This document shows, one piece after another, positions 42,840 to 53,450 of a stretch of 64,000 bases of DNA. The notes beneath the pieces are model-generated. The model was not told where the DNA came from. It saw only the letters and a program-made list of their open reading frames with translations, and made no database searches. Numbering within the stretch: the stretch's first letter is position 1; each line of letters starts with the position of its first letter. Source of the DNA: Acidobacteriota bacterium (GTDB lineage: Bacteria > Acidobacteriota > UBA890 > WLXD01); assembly GCA_963666055.2 (NCBI GenBank), contig CAXWPH010000015.1, positions 480,001-544,000 on the forward strand, in the 5' to 3' direction. The position numbers were made by a program, and so were the translations under genes.

Positions 42840-43447
42840 GGAGTCTCGAAGCCGAGCTGGTGTTGGATACAGAGGCTGAGGTGTGGCCAGAGTCGATCTC
42901 AGCGGACGGTGCGATGCTGCTGCTTGACAGCGGGGTCCCCCCGAATCGCGACGTGGGGATACTGGCTCTCGATACACAGGAGCCGAAAATCCTCGTCGCT
43001 ACCGCCGCCGATGAGGGTGACCCCAGTTTCTCGCCGGACGGTCGCTTCTTCGCCTTTCATTCGAACGAGACCGGGCGAAACGAGGTGTACGTGTGGGAGG
43101 TATCAAGCGGTCGGACATTTCCGGTCTCTACGAGTACCCGTGGTGGTTGGTTCCCTCGCTGGTCGCGGGATGGAAGGGAGATTTACTACCGCTCCCGGAA
43201 CAGCCCCGGCATCCTCGTTGCGGAAGTGGATTTGGAGTCGTTTTCCGCATCCGACCCTGTCGAACTCTCGGACATCGTCATGCGTGCCGAGACCAACTTC
43301 GATGTCACCGCCGATGGACAGAAGTTCCTGGTGACGGTGCCCGCTGGTAGTGATGAGACTGGGGGCACGGCATTCGGAACACGACTCAACGTGGTCCTCA
43401 ACTGGTTCGAGGAATTGAACCGGCTCGTGCCAACGGGCGGCTCCTGA
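42840..43447 (+). pseudogene. C-terminal TolB-propeller part of a Ser/Thr kinase family gene (3'-end copy 2)
   Basis: FSPDGRFFAFHSNETGRNEVYV, PRWSRDGREIYY, FDVTADGQKFL, VVLNWFEELNRLVPT*; no N-terminus. Confidence 0.88.
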
Positions 43448-43639
43448 TGGTCGGCAAGACGCTCGGTCACTACGAGATCCTGTCCCCGCTCGGCGCAGGC
43501 GGGATGGGGCAGGTGTACCGAGCACGCGACACGACGCTGGATCGTGATGTCGCCATCAAGGTGCTGCCGGAAGACTTCGCCAGCGATGCTAACCGGCTGG
43601 CCCGCTTCGAGCGTGAAGCGAAGGTACTTGCTTCGCTGA
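43447..43639 (+). pseudogene. Ser/Thr kinase N-terminal fragment
   Basis: MVGKTLGHYEI...REAKVLASL then breaks; TGATG coupling to the previous stop. Confidence 0.9.
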
Positions 43640-43706
43640 CCGGTGCGCCAGCCCGCGGATCTCCCATTGGACGCTCACCCGCCTTCGTTTGACCGATGGG
43701 ACTCTC

Positions 43707-44080
43707 TCAGAGATCGACTTTCTCCGACCATCGGGTGACATCGTCGTCGGTCAGCCCGAGATAATCGAGTGTCACCGACGGGTGCCGATGCCCGAGCTCG
43801 CGCTGCACAACGGCCAGCGGCGCGCCCTCGCGGTAAGCGTGGTATTCCCAACGTCTTCCTCAATGTGTGGGTAGACCATGTCCCGTCCGTCAGCCCCACA
43901 GCGGCGCAAGCGTCGCGGACGATGCGGTGAACTTGCTGGCGCGTCAGCGACTTTAGCTGCCCCTCCGCATCGTGCTCCCTCGACGGAAACAAGGGGGCTT
44001 CGAGGTCACGGCCAGCCGGATGCCCGCCGCGTCGCGGTCGCTCGCCGAGGTACAGGATCAGCGCCTCGCGACAGCCGCGC
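43707..44080 (-). pseudogene. Tyrosine recombinase C-terminal remnant (frameshifted)
   Basis: PLFPSR, STHTLRKT, then shifted frame VQRELGH..SVTLDYLG. Confidence 0.8.
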
Positions 44081-44193
44081 GGTGGCGAGCATGCGCGGAT
44101 CAGGGGGGAGTCCTGGATCGATGCCGGCACCCCTGGTACTGTCGCTGGCGAGCAGGGGGTGGGTCGATCTCGTCAAGACCGGGAGAGAGCGTC

Positions 44194-45348
44194 ATGTCCC
44201 GAACTGCCGCCTCGCGCCTGCTGTCGATCTTGCTGTTGTCGGGCCTGGTTCTGGTCGGCTCGGCTTCAGTCCACGGACCTTCCGTAGTCACGCCCAAGAA
44301 GGTCACGAGAATCGGCTACGTCGTCCACAGCGTCACCAAGACCGTGCAAGTCGTGGAGATTACCTGGAAGGGCAGGGCGGCCTCTCGCGCCGCGGCCAAC
44401 ATCAGCGCCAAGACGCTCGGTACCGTGACGGGCTTCAAGAACCCTGTGAGCGTCAGCGCCGCCCCGGATCTGGCGCTCGTCGTGGACGCCAAGCGCAAGC
44501 AGGTGGTTCGCATCGATCTTGCCGAGGTCAGGAAGGGCGGAGCACTGAACGTCCGGCGGCTGAGGGGCGAGACGCTCAAGACGGGCAAGGGCACCCGCTC
44601 CGTCGTCGTGAGCGGCGATGGGACGACCGGCCTGGTGCTGAAAGGAAAGCGCGACCTCCTGATGATCGACGTGCCGACGATGACGATCATTGGCAAGTTC
44701 AAGGTCGGCAAGGGCGCCGAGGTGGTCCGGGTTGATCAGCAAGGCACGGTGGCGATGACCGTCAACAAGAACAGCAGAAGCCTATCGCTGTTGGATATCG
44801 CCGCGGCGCGCGCATCGGTACGGAGCGGCTCGGCTGACGGCGTCGTGAACGTCCCTTTGCCGTGCGACCCAGGCGATGCCGGGGACGTTACGAGTTATGG
44901 TCCCTTCATCCACGCCGTCGGAAACTGCGTCTCCCAGACGGGCCGCTTGAACGAACAACTGTGGGACGGGTTCGGTATCGGGGTAGATCTCAAAATGCAT
45001 GATTTCCACGTCGACAATCTCCTCGGCCGAGTCAAGTCGGTCGCCACGTTGCGTGGTGAAAACTTTCCAGACGGCTTCATCGTCACGTCGTGCGGCGAGA
45101 GCTCGGAGTCGTGCGAGACAGACTTCGTCGACGTTTTCGGCTTCAACCAGGGGTTCATTGAGAATGGGTGTGTCACCGACGACCCTCAAGTTGTCGTCAG
45201 GTCCGACTCCCTCAGCATTTACGGGCTGCAGTGTTCCCAGGGCCCGACCGCCACCGCAGGCTGCGACGGTCCTGCTCTCGACATGATGATCTTCGCCGAC
45301 GGATTCGAGAGCGGCGACACGAGCGTCTGGTCGAGTAGCGATCCGTAG
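44194..45348 (+). CDS. Secreted YncE/beta-propeller-like protein with IFADGFE C-terminal motif
   Basis: Signal peptide, beta-rich repeats, ends IFADGFESGDTSVWSS. Confidence 0.7.
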   Translation: MSRTAASRLLSILLLSGLVLVGSASVHGPSVVTPKKVTRIGYVVHSVTKTVQVVEITWKGRAASRAAANISAKTLGTVTGFKNPVSVSAAPDLALVVDAKRKQVVRIDLAEVRKGGALNVRRLRGETLKTGKGTRSVVVSGDGTTGLVLKGKRDLLMIDVPTMTIIGKFKVGKGAEVVRVDQQGTVAMTVNKNSRSLSLLDIAAARASVRSGSADGVVNVPLPCDPGDAGDVTSYGPFIHAVGNCVSQTGRLNEQLWDGFGIGVDLKMHDFHVDNLLGRVKSVATLRGENFPDGFIVTSCGESSESCETDFVDVFGFNQGFIENGCVTDDPQVVVRSDSLSIYGLQCSQGPTATAGCDGPALDMMIFADGFESGDTSVWSSSDP

Positions 45349-45450
45349 CGTCGACGGTCGACGCTAGCGCCGGCAGGACTTCGGTCGGGTCCGTGGACTT
45401 CAGCAACGGCCGCACCGTGGTGGGCGCTGTAGCGGCGGCATTCCGGCGCT

Positions 45451-45580
45451 CTCCCATGGACCCTCATCCGTCCCAGCGATAGGCTTCTCGCGCTCACCCA
45501 CCCCTCTGGCAGCGCTATGGAACCCGGCACCAAACTAGGCCCCTACGAGATCACCGAGCAGCTCGGTGCAGGCGGCAGGG
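45451..45580 (+). repeat. Kinase 5' leader plus first ~21 codons, repeat of 1665-1797
   Basis: ctccc.tggaccctc...cagcgataggctt..gcgctcacc...atg.aacccggcaccaaactaggcccctacgagatcaccgagcagctcggtgc. Confidence 0.9.
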
Positions 45581-45599
45581 CAAATGTTCGTCTCGTCCG

Positions 45600-48032
45600 G
45601 TGCTACTCGCGATCCTCCTAACGGCGGGTTGCACGGGGCTTGACCCCGGCCCGGCGCCGCTGACCGCAGAAGTTCCCCTACACCTTGAGGAACATCTCGA
45701 CGTGGCCACCATCGTGGGCTCCGAGGTCCCCGCAGACGCTCCGACCGCCATGGAATGGCGCTTCGACGAGCCCCAGGAGGACTGGAAGCCTCTAGTCCCG
45801 TGGAACCCGACGATAGATCCGGTCGAGGTCACGCAGCTCGACGACGCGCTGCGAGTCACACTGACGGACGGCACGAGGAATCCTCGCGGCAGGCCTAGGG
45901 GCGGCCTGGTTTTCGAGGTGCCCGATTGGAACTACGAGGATCTGGCGAACCTCGTGGTGCGTGCTCGCACCTCCGATGACGTCAAGAACTTCCGGATCTT
46001 CTTCAATAGACGCGAGGGGACCGGTACGGGTACAAGCGGCCCCAATCCATTTGAGCACGGAGGCGATGGGGCCCCTGTTGTAAGTGACGGTACGGTGCAG
46101 ACCTACCGGGCGCGGCTGGATTTTTTCGGGGGGAATCCGCCACCTGAGGAATCGATTCGGCAGATTGCCCTGTGGTTCAATCCCAGCGATCTGGCCAGCA
46201 TCGACATCCTTTCCATCACGCTAACCACGAAGGTGGCTAACTACGCCGACGCGGGCACGGCCTCGCGCACGGAAATCCGCAACCGGATCTATCGGCAGGC
46301 TCTGTATACGCACACGCCGGGGCGCGTGGAGTATCGGGTGAAGATCCCGGAAGGTGGTCGGCTCGACTTCGCCATAGGTGTCCTGCGGGAGGACGTGCCC
46401 GTGACCTTCCGGGTTACGGCGATCCTTGATGGTACTGAGGGTGGTGAACCGACCGCGCTGTTCGAGGAGCACTATGCGGACAAGGAGGCCTGGGGCCAGC
46501 GTTCGGTGGATCTGGCCGACTTTGCGGGCCAGACGGTGACGCTCGGCTTGGAGGCCGATTCCGAAGCCGAAGGGAGGGTCGCTTTGTGGGGAGCGCCGAC
46601 CGTGACGGGCGGCGGCCAGTCGGTTCTTCCCAACGTCGTCTTCTACGTCTTCGACGGCGGTGCGGCGGACTACATGAGCGTTTACGGCTACAACCGTCGC
46701 ACGACCCCGACCCTGGAGCGGCTGGCCCAGGAGGGCGTCGTGTTCGAGCGAGCCTACAGCAATTCCTCCTTTACCCTGCCCTCGACGGCCTCGTTCATGA
46801 CTTCCCTACATACGAGTGTGACGGGGGGCTTGCCTGGCCCATACATCAACCCTGTGCCTGCCGAAGCCGTGACCATGGCCGAGCACCTGCACCGGGCCGG
46901 CTACCAGACCGCGGTGTTCACGGGGAACCCCAATGCCGGGACTTTGAGCGATCTCCAGCGCGGCGTCGATCTGTTCCGGGAGGACTGGGAGGACTTCTCC
47001 TACTTCGGTGGGAATAATCACAAGGAGTCCTCGAAGTACCTCCACGAGGGATTCTGGAGCTGGCGGGAGGACTATCCCAGGCAGCCGTTCTGGGCGCACT
47101 TCCAGACTACTGACACGCACGAGGACTTTCCGGCTCCGCCACCCTTTGGCGGGCTCTTTGTCACAGCGGATGAGTGGGAGAGCGTGAACGAGTCGTTTGA
47201 GCGCCTGATGGAGTCTGGCGGGCCTGGTCCCTATTCTCCCGCCTGGGATTCTACGGGGATCAGCCGGACGGCGGTCTACTCGGTGGCTAAGGGCCTGTAC
47301 GACGAAGCGATGGCTCACAACGACTATCGGCTCGGGCAACTCATCGACCGGCTGAAGGCTGAAGGGGAGTGGGAGAATACGCTGTTGATCATCGGGGGCG
47401 ATCACAGCATCCGGGCGGCCCTCAACGACCTGGGCCTCATCCTCAACGACTCGCTGCCTCCCCGATGGAGCCAGCCGATGTTCCGGCCCACGATCTCCAG
47501 GGTGCCCCTCATGTTCGTCTGGCCGGGTCACATCGAGGGGGGACAGCGAATAGCCCCTCCGGTATCGATGATCGACGTGCTCCCCACCCTGCTCGACCTT
47601 GTGGGGCTCCCCCCTGCCGAGATCGCACAGGGGCAGTCGCTGGCTCCTCTGATGTTGGGTCGAGAGGGATGGGAGCCACGACCGGTGATTCTCGACGAGT
47701 TCGATCTCGATTTCACGACGGGGGAGCTATCGGGCTGGATCGAGGTGGTGGACGGCCGCTGGGGTGCTTCGCTGGAGATCAACCCTTATTCAAGCCAGCC
47801 GCCCGAAGAACCCCGTCCCGTCCCGCTGCTGCTCTACGACCTCTGGAACGATCCGATGGCGCTGTGGAGCGTGCACGAGGAACGGCCCGACCTCGTCCAG
47901 AAGTACACCGCCTTCTTGGAAGAGCAGTTCGAGGCCCACCTGGCCCTGTCGCAGTACTTCACGCCATCGGGCGAGGTCGAGCTGACCCCGGAGCAGCTAC
48001 GTTCACTTCGGGCGCTTGGCTACATCCAGTGA
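45600..48032 (+). CDS. Sulfatase-like hydrolase (Ser-type), lipoprotein
   Basis: Lipobox TAGC, PNVVFYVFD, TLPSTASFMTS, GDH, VSMIDVLPT, LRALGYIQ. Confidence 0.85.
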   Translation: MLLAILLTAGCTGLDPGPAPLTAEVPLHLEEHLDVATIVGSEVPADAPTAMEWRFDEPQEDWKPLVPWNPTIDPVEVTQLDDALRVTLTDGTRNPRGRPRGGLVFEVPDWNYEDLANLVVRARTSDDVKNFRIFFNRREGTGTGTSGPNPFEHGGDGAPVVSDGTVQTYRARLDFFGGNPPPEESIRQIALWFNPSDLASIDILSITLTTKVANYADAGTASRTEIRNRIYRQALYTHTPGRVEYRVKIPEGGRLDFAIGVLREDVPVTFRVTAILDGTEGGEPTALFEEHYADKEAWGQRSVDLADFAGQTVTLGLEADSEAEGRVALWGAPTVTGGGQSVLPNVVFYVFDGGAADYMSVYGYNRRTTPTLERLAQEGVVFERAYSNSSFTLPSTASFMTSLHTSVTGGLPGPYINPVPAEAVTMAEHLHRAGYQTAVFTGNPNAGTLSDLQRGVDLFREDWEDFSYFGGNNHKESSKYLHEGFWSWREDYPRQPFWAHFQTTDTHEDFPAPPPFGGLFVTADEWESVNESFERLMESGGPGPYSPAWDSTGISRTAVYSVAKGLYDEAMAHNDYRLGQLIDRLKAEGEWENTLLIIGGDHSIRAALNDLGLILNDSLPPRWSQPMFRPTISRVPLMFVWPGHIEGGQRIAPPVSMIDVLPTLLDLVGLPPAEIAQGQSLAPLMLGREGWEPRPVILDEFDLDFTTGELSGWIEVVDGRWGASLEINPYSSQPPEEPRPVPLLLYDLWNDPMALWSVHEERPDLVQKYTAFLEEQFEAHLALSQYFTPSGEVELTPEQLRSLRALGYIQ

Positions 48033-48042
48033 GTTCAAGAGG

Positions 48043-49220
48043 ATGATCGGCAACAAACTCGGCCCCTACGAGATCACCGCCCCGCTTGGTGAAGGCGGGA
48101 TGGGACAGGTGTACCGAGCCCACGACACGACGCTGGATCGTGATGTCGCCATCAAGGTGCTGCCGGAGGACTTCTCCGACGATGCCAACCGGCTGGCTCG
48201 ATTCGAGCGTGAAGCCAAGCTGCTTGCCTCGCTGAACCACCCCAACATCGCCACCATCTTTGGCTTTGAGGAATCTGACGGTGTGCGTTTCATCGCCATG
48301 GAACTGGTGGAGGGTCAGAGTCTCGCCGAGCGCATTGAAGCCTCCGGTCGCATTGAGGTTGATGAAGCGCTAGAGATCGCTCGTCGGATCGCGTTGGCGT
48401 TGGAGGCCGCTCACGAAGCCGGCGTCATCCATCGCGACTTGAAGCCGGCCAACGTGCAGGTCGCCCCCGATGGCACGGTCAAGGTGCTCGATTTCGGGCT
48501 GGCTAAAGCCTACGAGGCGGAAGGCAGCGATCCATCGTCCGACCTGAGCCACTCGCCCACGATGATGGCCGCCACGGGCACCGGCGTGATCATGGGTACG
48601 GCTCCCTACATGAGCCCCGAGCAGGCGCGAGGCAAGCCGGTCGACAAGCGAAGCGACATCTGGTCGTTCGGCTGTGTGCTGTACGAGATGCTGGCCGGCA
48701 AGCGAGCCTTCGACGGCGAGACCGTCAGCGACACGATGGCGGCGATTATCAGGGCGGAGCCGGACTGGGGCGCTGTGCCAGAAGCCACCCCGGCCATCGT
48801 TCGACACGTGATGCGCCGCTGCTTGGAGAAAGACCCGCAGCGCCGTTTACGCGATGTCGGCGATGCTCGGATCGAGCTCGAAGACACTCAAGCTCAGCCG
48901 CCGGGAGACCTGGTTCCTCAGGCCGCGACGAAGGGACGGCAAATCCCTGCGGTCGTACCCTGGGCTTTGGCCATCCTACTGGCAGTAGCGACTCTAGTCC
49001 TGCTCGTGTGGCAACAGCGTCTGACGGAGCCAAACGTACCCGTTCGCCGCTTTGCGATCGAGCTCCCCTGGCACGCGGTACCCAATTGGATCGATTTCAT
49101 CACCGCACTCTCGCCGCAAGGAACCCATATCGCCTACAACGGTCGCGTCCACAACCAGGTCGACGTTTACGTCCGAGCGCTGGATAGCCTCGAAGCCCAA
49201 CCGCTGGCCGACGCGCGCGG
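48043..49220 (+). pseudogene. Ser/Thr kinase with complete catalytic domain and TM, truncated at the start of the propeller
   Basis: HRDLKPAN, DFGLAK, GTAPYMSPEQ, TM, LSPQGTHIAY; ends at the junction with the ankyrin gene. Confidence 0.9.
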
Positions 49221-49919
49221 ACCGGCGCGCTCAAGTATCAGCTCGTCCTCGTTCACGCTCGGGAGCAGCGTCAGAACCTGCCCCGACCTGCTGCGATAGA
49301 TGCCCATCAACAGCTTGAGCCGCGCCGGTGATCTCGGCGAGTCGAGAGGTCCTGGCGCTTTCGCGCCCGCCTTGATCAGGACGTCGGCCAACTCGTTCTG
49401 CTGTGCGCGCCTCGCCGCGTCCAGTGCCAGATTCAAATATGACGGGTCGACCCCACCCCGGCCGACGATCGTCTTCACCGCGTCGGTATGGCGAGCGCGA
49501 ATCAGCGCCACCAGGGACTCCCCCTCCGTTCCCGCGCCCTTTGCCACGAGCAGCTTCACGACTTCAGCCGCGGCTTGCTTTGCCTTCGGGTCGCTGCCGG
49601 GCCGGCTGGCGAGCCACAACGGCGTCCTGCCGAACTCCAGATCTTTCGCGTTCGGGTTGGCGCCTCGCTCGAGGAGCAGCCTCACCATCTCGACGTTGTA
49701 CCGATCGGCCGCCGTGCAGAGCGCTGTTAGGCCGTGGTCGTTCTCGGCATTGACGTCCACGCCACTGGCCAGTAGCGCCGCGACGGTTTCGATGTCTCCC
49801 TTCCCCGCCGCGGCGTGGAGCTCCGCTTGGCCGACGCGCGACTGCGTGTCGGGGCGAGCGATGAGCAGCGCAACGAGTACCGTCTCGATCAACCAGCGCC
49901 GGCGAGACACGTTCCTCAT
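49220..49919 (-). CDS. Ankyrin-repeat protein, C-terminally truncated at the kinase junction
   Basis: LHAAAGKG, GLTAL, LLERGANPN, GRTPL. Confidence 0.8.
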
Positions 49920-49930
49920 ATCGAGTCTTG

Positions 49931-50438
49931 TTATGGCTGCCTGTCGTACACTCTGACTTGCTCTTCCGTTCGGCCCTGGCGATCCGTAATCTTCGCGCGA
50001 TAGGTGAAGTTCTTGCCGTCGGCCGACACGCTCAAGGACCCGTTGAAATAGATCTGCCCGTCCCGTTTGCCCGTGAGCTCGATGATCTCACCGGCTTGCT
50101 TCAGCGAAATCGAGCCGATGGTTTCCCCTCCCGTCGCTCTCGAGAACTCCGGCGAGAACTCGCCATCCAATAAGGCGGCCCAGTGACTGAAGGTGTGGTT
50201 TTCCCTGTGCGGTCACCCTCTGGATCGTGCTGAGGATCATTCCCTGGTTCGAGTAATCGAACGTCCGTATCTCGCTCTTCGGCGACCGACCGGGATCGTA
50301 TCTGGACTTCTCGACGTTCAGGATCCAGGTACCGATGAGCGGATTCGGGGCCTGCGCTGAAAACTCGAGACCACCAACCGCAGCGGCCAGGAAAGCGATC
50401 AGCAAGATGAAGCTGTAGCTGCGAGAACGGCAATGCAT
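49931..50438 (-). CDS. Secreted hypothetical protein (lipocalin-like), frameshift near 50190
   Basis: Signal peptide, GTWILNVEKS, SVSADGK..VYDRQ across two frames. Confidence 0.7.
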
Positions 50439-50552
50439 AGAGTCCTCCCCGTATGTTCTCGGGACCCCGACGCGCGTCGGGCGATAACTATACACCTGCT
50501 CCGCATCGCCGGATTTCTTCGTCGCATTGTCCTTTCAGCTCCCAATCCCCGT

Positions 50553-50679
50553 CTGGGCGCGGACGGCCGACTACTGGCCCTCGTTCGCCAACCGCGAGGT
50601 GATCTACAGGTAAACGTCACTCTCAACTGGGGAGAGGAGCTGAAGCGGCTCGTGCCCACGGACCCGTAGCGTCCCGGCT
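50553..50679 (+). repeat. Kinase-family 3'-end remnant, copy 3
   Basis: ADGRLLAL...VNVTLNWGEELKRLVPTDP*. Confidence 0.88.
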
Positions 50680-51450
50680 GGTACTCGGTCGCTCCACGAT
50701 GTCGGGCTCGAGGCGGAGATCTCAGGTTTTCGGGCCGGGCGGGAACTCAGCATTTCTCAACATGCGCGCCCCCTGCTAGGTGTGCGCTTTGAACGGTTGC
50801 CGGGTACGCCACAGAAGCGCCGCTAGTAGCCTCTGCACTCACCGTGTACGGTCACCAGGGCACAATAGCCCATCCGCTCAGCCGCCTTTCTGCGGCGTCT
50901 CAGGGCTTCGGTGTATCGCCCGAAAATGTCTACATTTGTCAACAGGCGGTGCCGATCGGGATGTCATCATTTGTCATCATTCCGGAGCCGGTAGGCTGTT
51001 CGCTGCCGAGCGCCCCGAATACCAAACAGTTGCCAACAGGCGTCCACGGCGTGGGTAGATCTCGGCGCGTAATCGCGTATTGCCACTCGCTACTGAAAGC
51101 CCCTTTTTGTAGGTGTCAAATTTGACGAATTAGATGAGCCTCGCGCGCGCGTAGGCTTGTGAACAATCGTGAACATCGCCTTACGGTTTCGCCTCCTTTC
51201 TTAGGCGACGCTGCCTTCGCCAACCCCGAGGTCTATTCGTTCCTCGAATGACAGGCGATAGCCATCGTTTGCGCGGCGAATCCCTTGAGAGGGCTGTGAA
51301 TCTGTGCTCAAATCCTGGCGTCGTGGCGTTGTCCAACGCGAGGAGCGTGGCTGGGCAAGGCTATCTGGGAAATCTCGGGTCAAGTCGTTCAGCGCGCATG
51401 ACGGCGGCGCTGTGGAAAGCATGAATGTAGCCCATCAAACGGGAGGAGAG

Positions 51451-52788
51451 ATGGACAAACACGCGATCAATCGACGGGCCTTTCTTGCAACCTCGGCAGC
51501 GACCACAGCAGGCATGCTCACCTCTGGCACGGTGATCGCGGGTCCGAGCGGTGGGTTCACCCCCCACAAGGTGGCGCCCGGGGCCGCCATCGGTGCCCAT
51601 CCGCCACCACCGTTCTCGAAGGCAGAGTACCAGGAGCGGTTGCGCCGAGTTCGACAGCGGATGGCGCAGGACAACATCGACATGCTGTTCGTCACCATGC
51701 CCGAGGACATGTGTTATCTGCACGGTCTGGAGCTCAATTGGTTCCAACAGAACGGGCCCAAAGCCTGGGGCATGAACTCGATCACGGCGGTCCACGTCGA
51801 CCACGACACGCTCATCCACTTCGACAACCATGATGACCTGATGGCGGCGACCTCCGTGGCCAAGGACATTCGACGGGCCCGGCGCGGAGGCGAGAAGCCA
51901 TACGAAGGTCACGCCATGGAGCTGGAGGCTGCCGGCTGGCTCAACGGCACCGTCGGCCTGCAGTACTACAGCTATCGCCCCAACCCGGCGCGCATGAAGC
52001 AGGTCGAGGCGGTGTTCAGCGATCGTGGTTGCGAGCTCATCGATGCCTCGGACGTCATGGCCGAGGTCAAGCTGCACAAGTCGCCAGCGGAAATCGAGGT
52101 GATGGTTGAGGCGGGCCGCATCTGCGACATCGGCCTGCAGGCGATCGCTGAGAACCTACGGCCGGGTGTGACGGAGCTCGAGGTCTACGGTGAGATGGTG
52201 CGCGCGATGACGCGGGCCGGCGGTGGGGTCTCGGGTCTGTTCAGCTCGATCAAGGTAGGGAGCGGTTCCTTCATCCACGGCATCGCGTCAACCCGGGTGA
52301 TCCAGCAGGGCGATCACGTCATTTGCGACATCTGCGGCGTCAAGAACCGCTACCACAGCAACACGTCGCGTGGATTCTTCGTCGGCGAGCCCCCGAAGGA
52401 GCTCGCAGATCTTTACGAGATGAACGGCCGGGCGATGCACGTTGTGCGCGATACCGCCAGGGCCGGCCTGCCGCTGAACGAACTCACCCGGACGTTGCGG
52501 GAGTTCTACAAGGAGACCGGTGCCTGGCAGCTGCAAGAACAGGGCAAGATCGGTGGCTGGACGGGCGGGTATGAGCTCGGGATCAGCTTCCCGCCGGACT
52601 GGGTTGGCTGGTGGGTGTTCAACGTCACCGACGAGGATAATTCGGACTGGATTCTCCAAGAGCGCCAGGTGAGCAACTATGAGAGCTTCGCAACTCGGAG
52701 CACGGCGCTGATCGACACCTTCATCTTCGAGAAGAACCGGTGCCACCGGCTCTCGATGATGGCGCCGGAGCTCATCGTCGTCGCCTGA
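51451..52788 (+). CDS. M24 family (Xaa-Pro/creatinase-like) peptidase with Tat signal
   Basis: GGAGG RBS, NRRAFL, KSPAEI, RPGVTELEV, CDIC..YHSN. Confidence 0.85.
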   Translation: MDKHAINRRAFLATSAATTAGMLTSGTVIAGPSGGFTPHKVAPGAAIGAHPPPPFSKAEYQERLRRVRQRMAQDNIDMLFVTMPEDMCYLHGLELNWFQQNGPKAWGMNSITAVHVDHDTLIHFDNHDDLMAATSVAKDIRRARRGGEKPYEGHAMELEAAGWLNGTVGLQYYSYRPNPARMKQVEAVFSDRGCELIDASDVMAEVKLHKSPAEIEVMVEAGRICDIGLQAIAENLRPGVTELEVYGEMVRAMTRAGGGVSGLFSSIKVGSGSFIHGIASTRVIQQGDHVICDICGVKNRYHSNTSRGFFVGEPPKELADLYEMNGRAMHVVRDTARAGLPLNELTRTLREFYKETGAWQLQEQGKIGGWTGGYELGISFPPDWVGWWVFNVTDEDNSDWILQERQVSNYESFATRSTALIDTFIFEKNRCHRLSMMAPELIVVA

Positions 52789-53265
52789 CGCGAGACCACC
52801 GGCGAAAAGGGCGAGGGAGGTCTTACAAGCGGCCGTAGGCTCGTCCCGGCTCATGTCAATTTGAAAACGGGGACAAGCGAATGCCGCAACGAATCTCTCG
52901 TCGACTCTCTACCTGCCTCGTAGCCGCTCTGCTCGCGGGCGTGCCGCCGCTGCAGGCGCAGATCCCGGAGCCCGATCAGGCGGGCGTCGGAATGGACCAT
53001 CTGCACCTAGGTGTGCCCTGCAGTGTGCTCCATGGGGTCTGCGCCTTCCATGGGGTCGCCATTCGCCGCGGCGACCCTCGCGCGCGAGTGAGGTAGGGTC
53101 CTACTTCGGTCTCCTCGTTGGTGTCTGGCGGCGTCAGCAACCTGAGGTTTATGAGGTTCTGATGGCCCCCGGCAATGTCAGGTTTTGGTGCCGCACCGGC
53201 TCTTCGGGGTGAAGGTTGGATGCCTCAGCCTTTCGGAGCCGGAAACTGTCCCCACCCACCGTCGG

Positions 53266-53326
53266 TTCTCAACTGGTTCGACGAGCTGAAGCGGCTCGTC
53301 CCGACGGACCCGTAGCGCGCTCAGCC
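53266..53326 (+). repeat. Kinase-family 3'-end remnant, copy 4
   Basis: ttctcaactggttcgacgagctgaagcggctcgtcccgacggacccgtagcgcgctcagcc. Confidence 0.9.
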
Positions 53327-53450
53327 GCCCCTCGCGAGCCACCTAGCGACCTTCGATTCCGCTCGTCCGCAATGCCAGGACAGGCGCCAGTCATATGTCT
53401 GCTTAGGAGCCCCGAGAAGGCCCCGCTACGGGCCGCCGGCAGCCTCTACG

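Noticed and set aside
53180-53260. Cobalamin riboswitch
   Set aside because: Only partial motif resemblance; the conserved B12-box elements and a downstream B12 gene are lacking.
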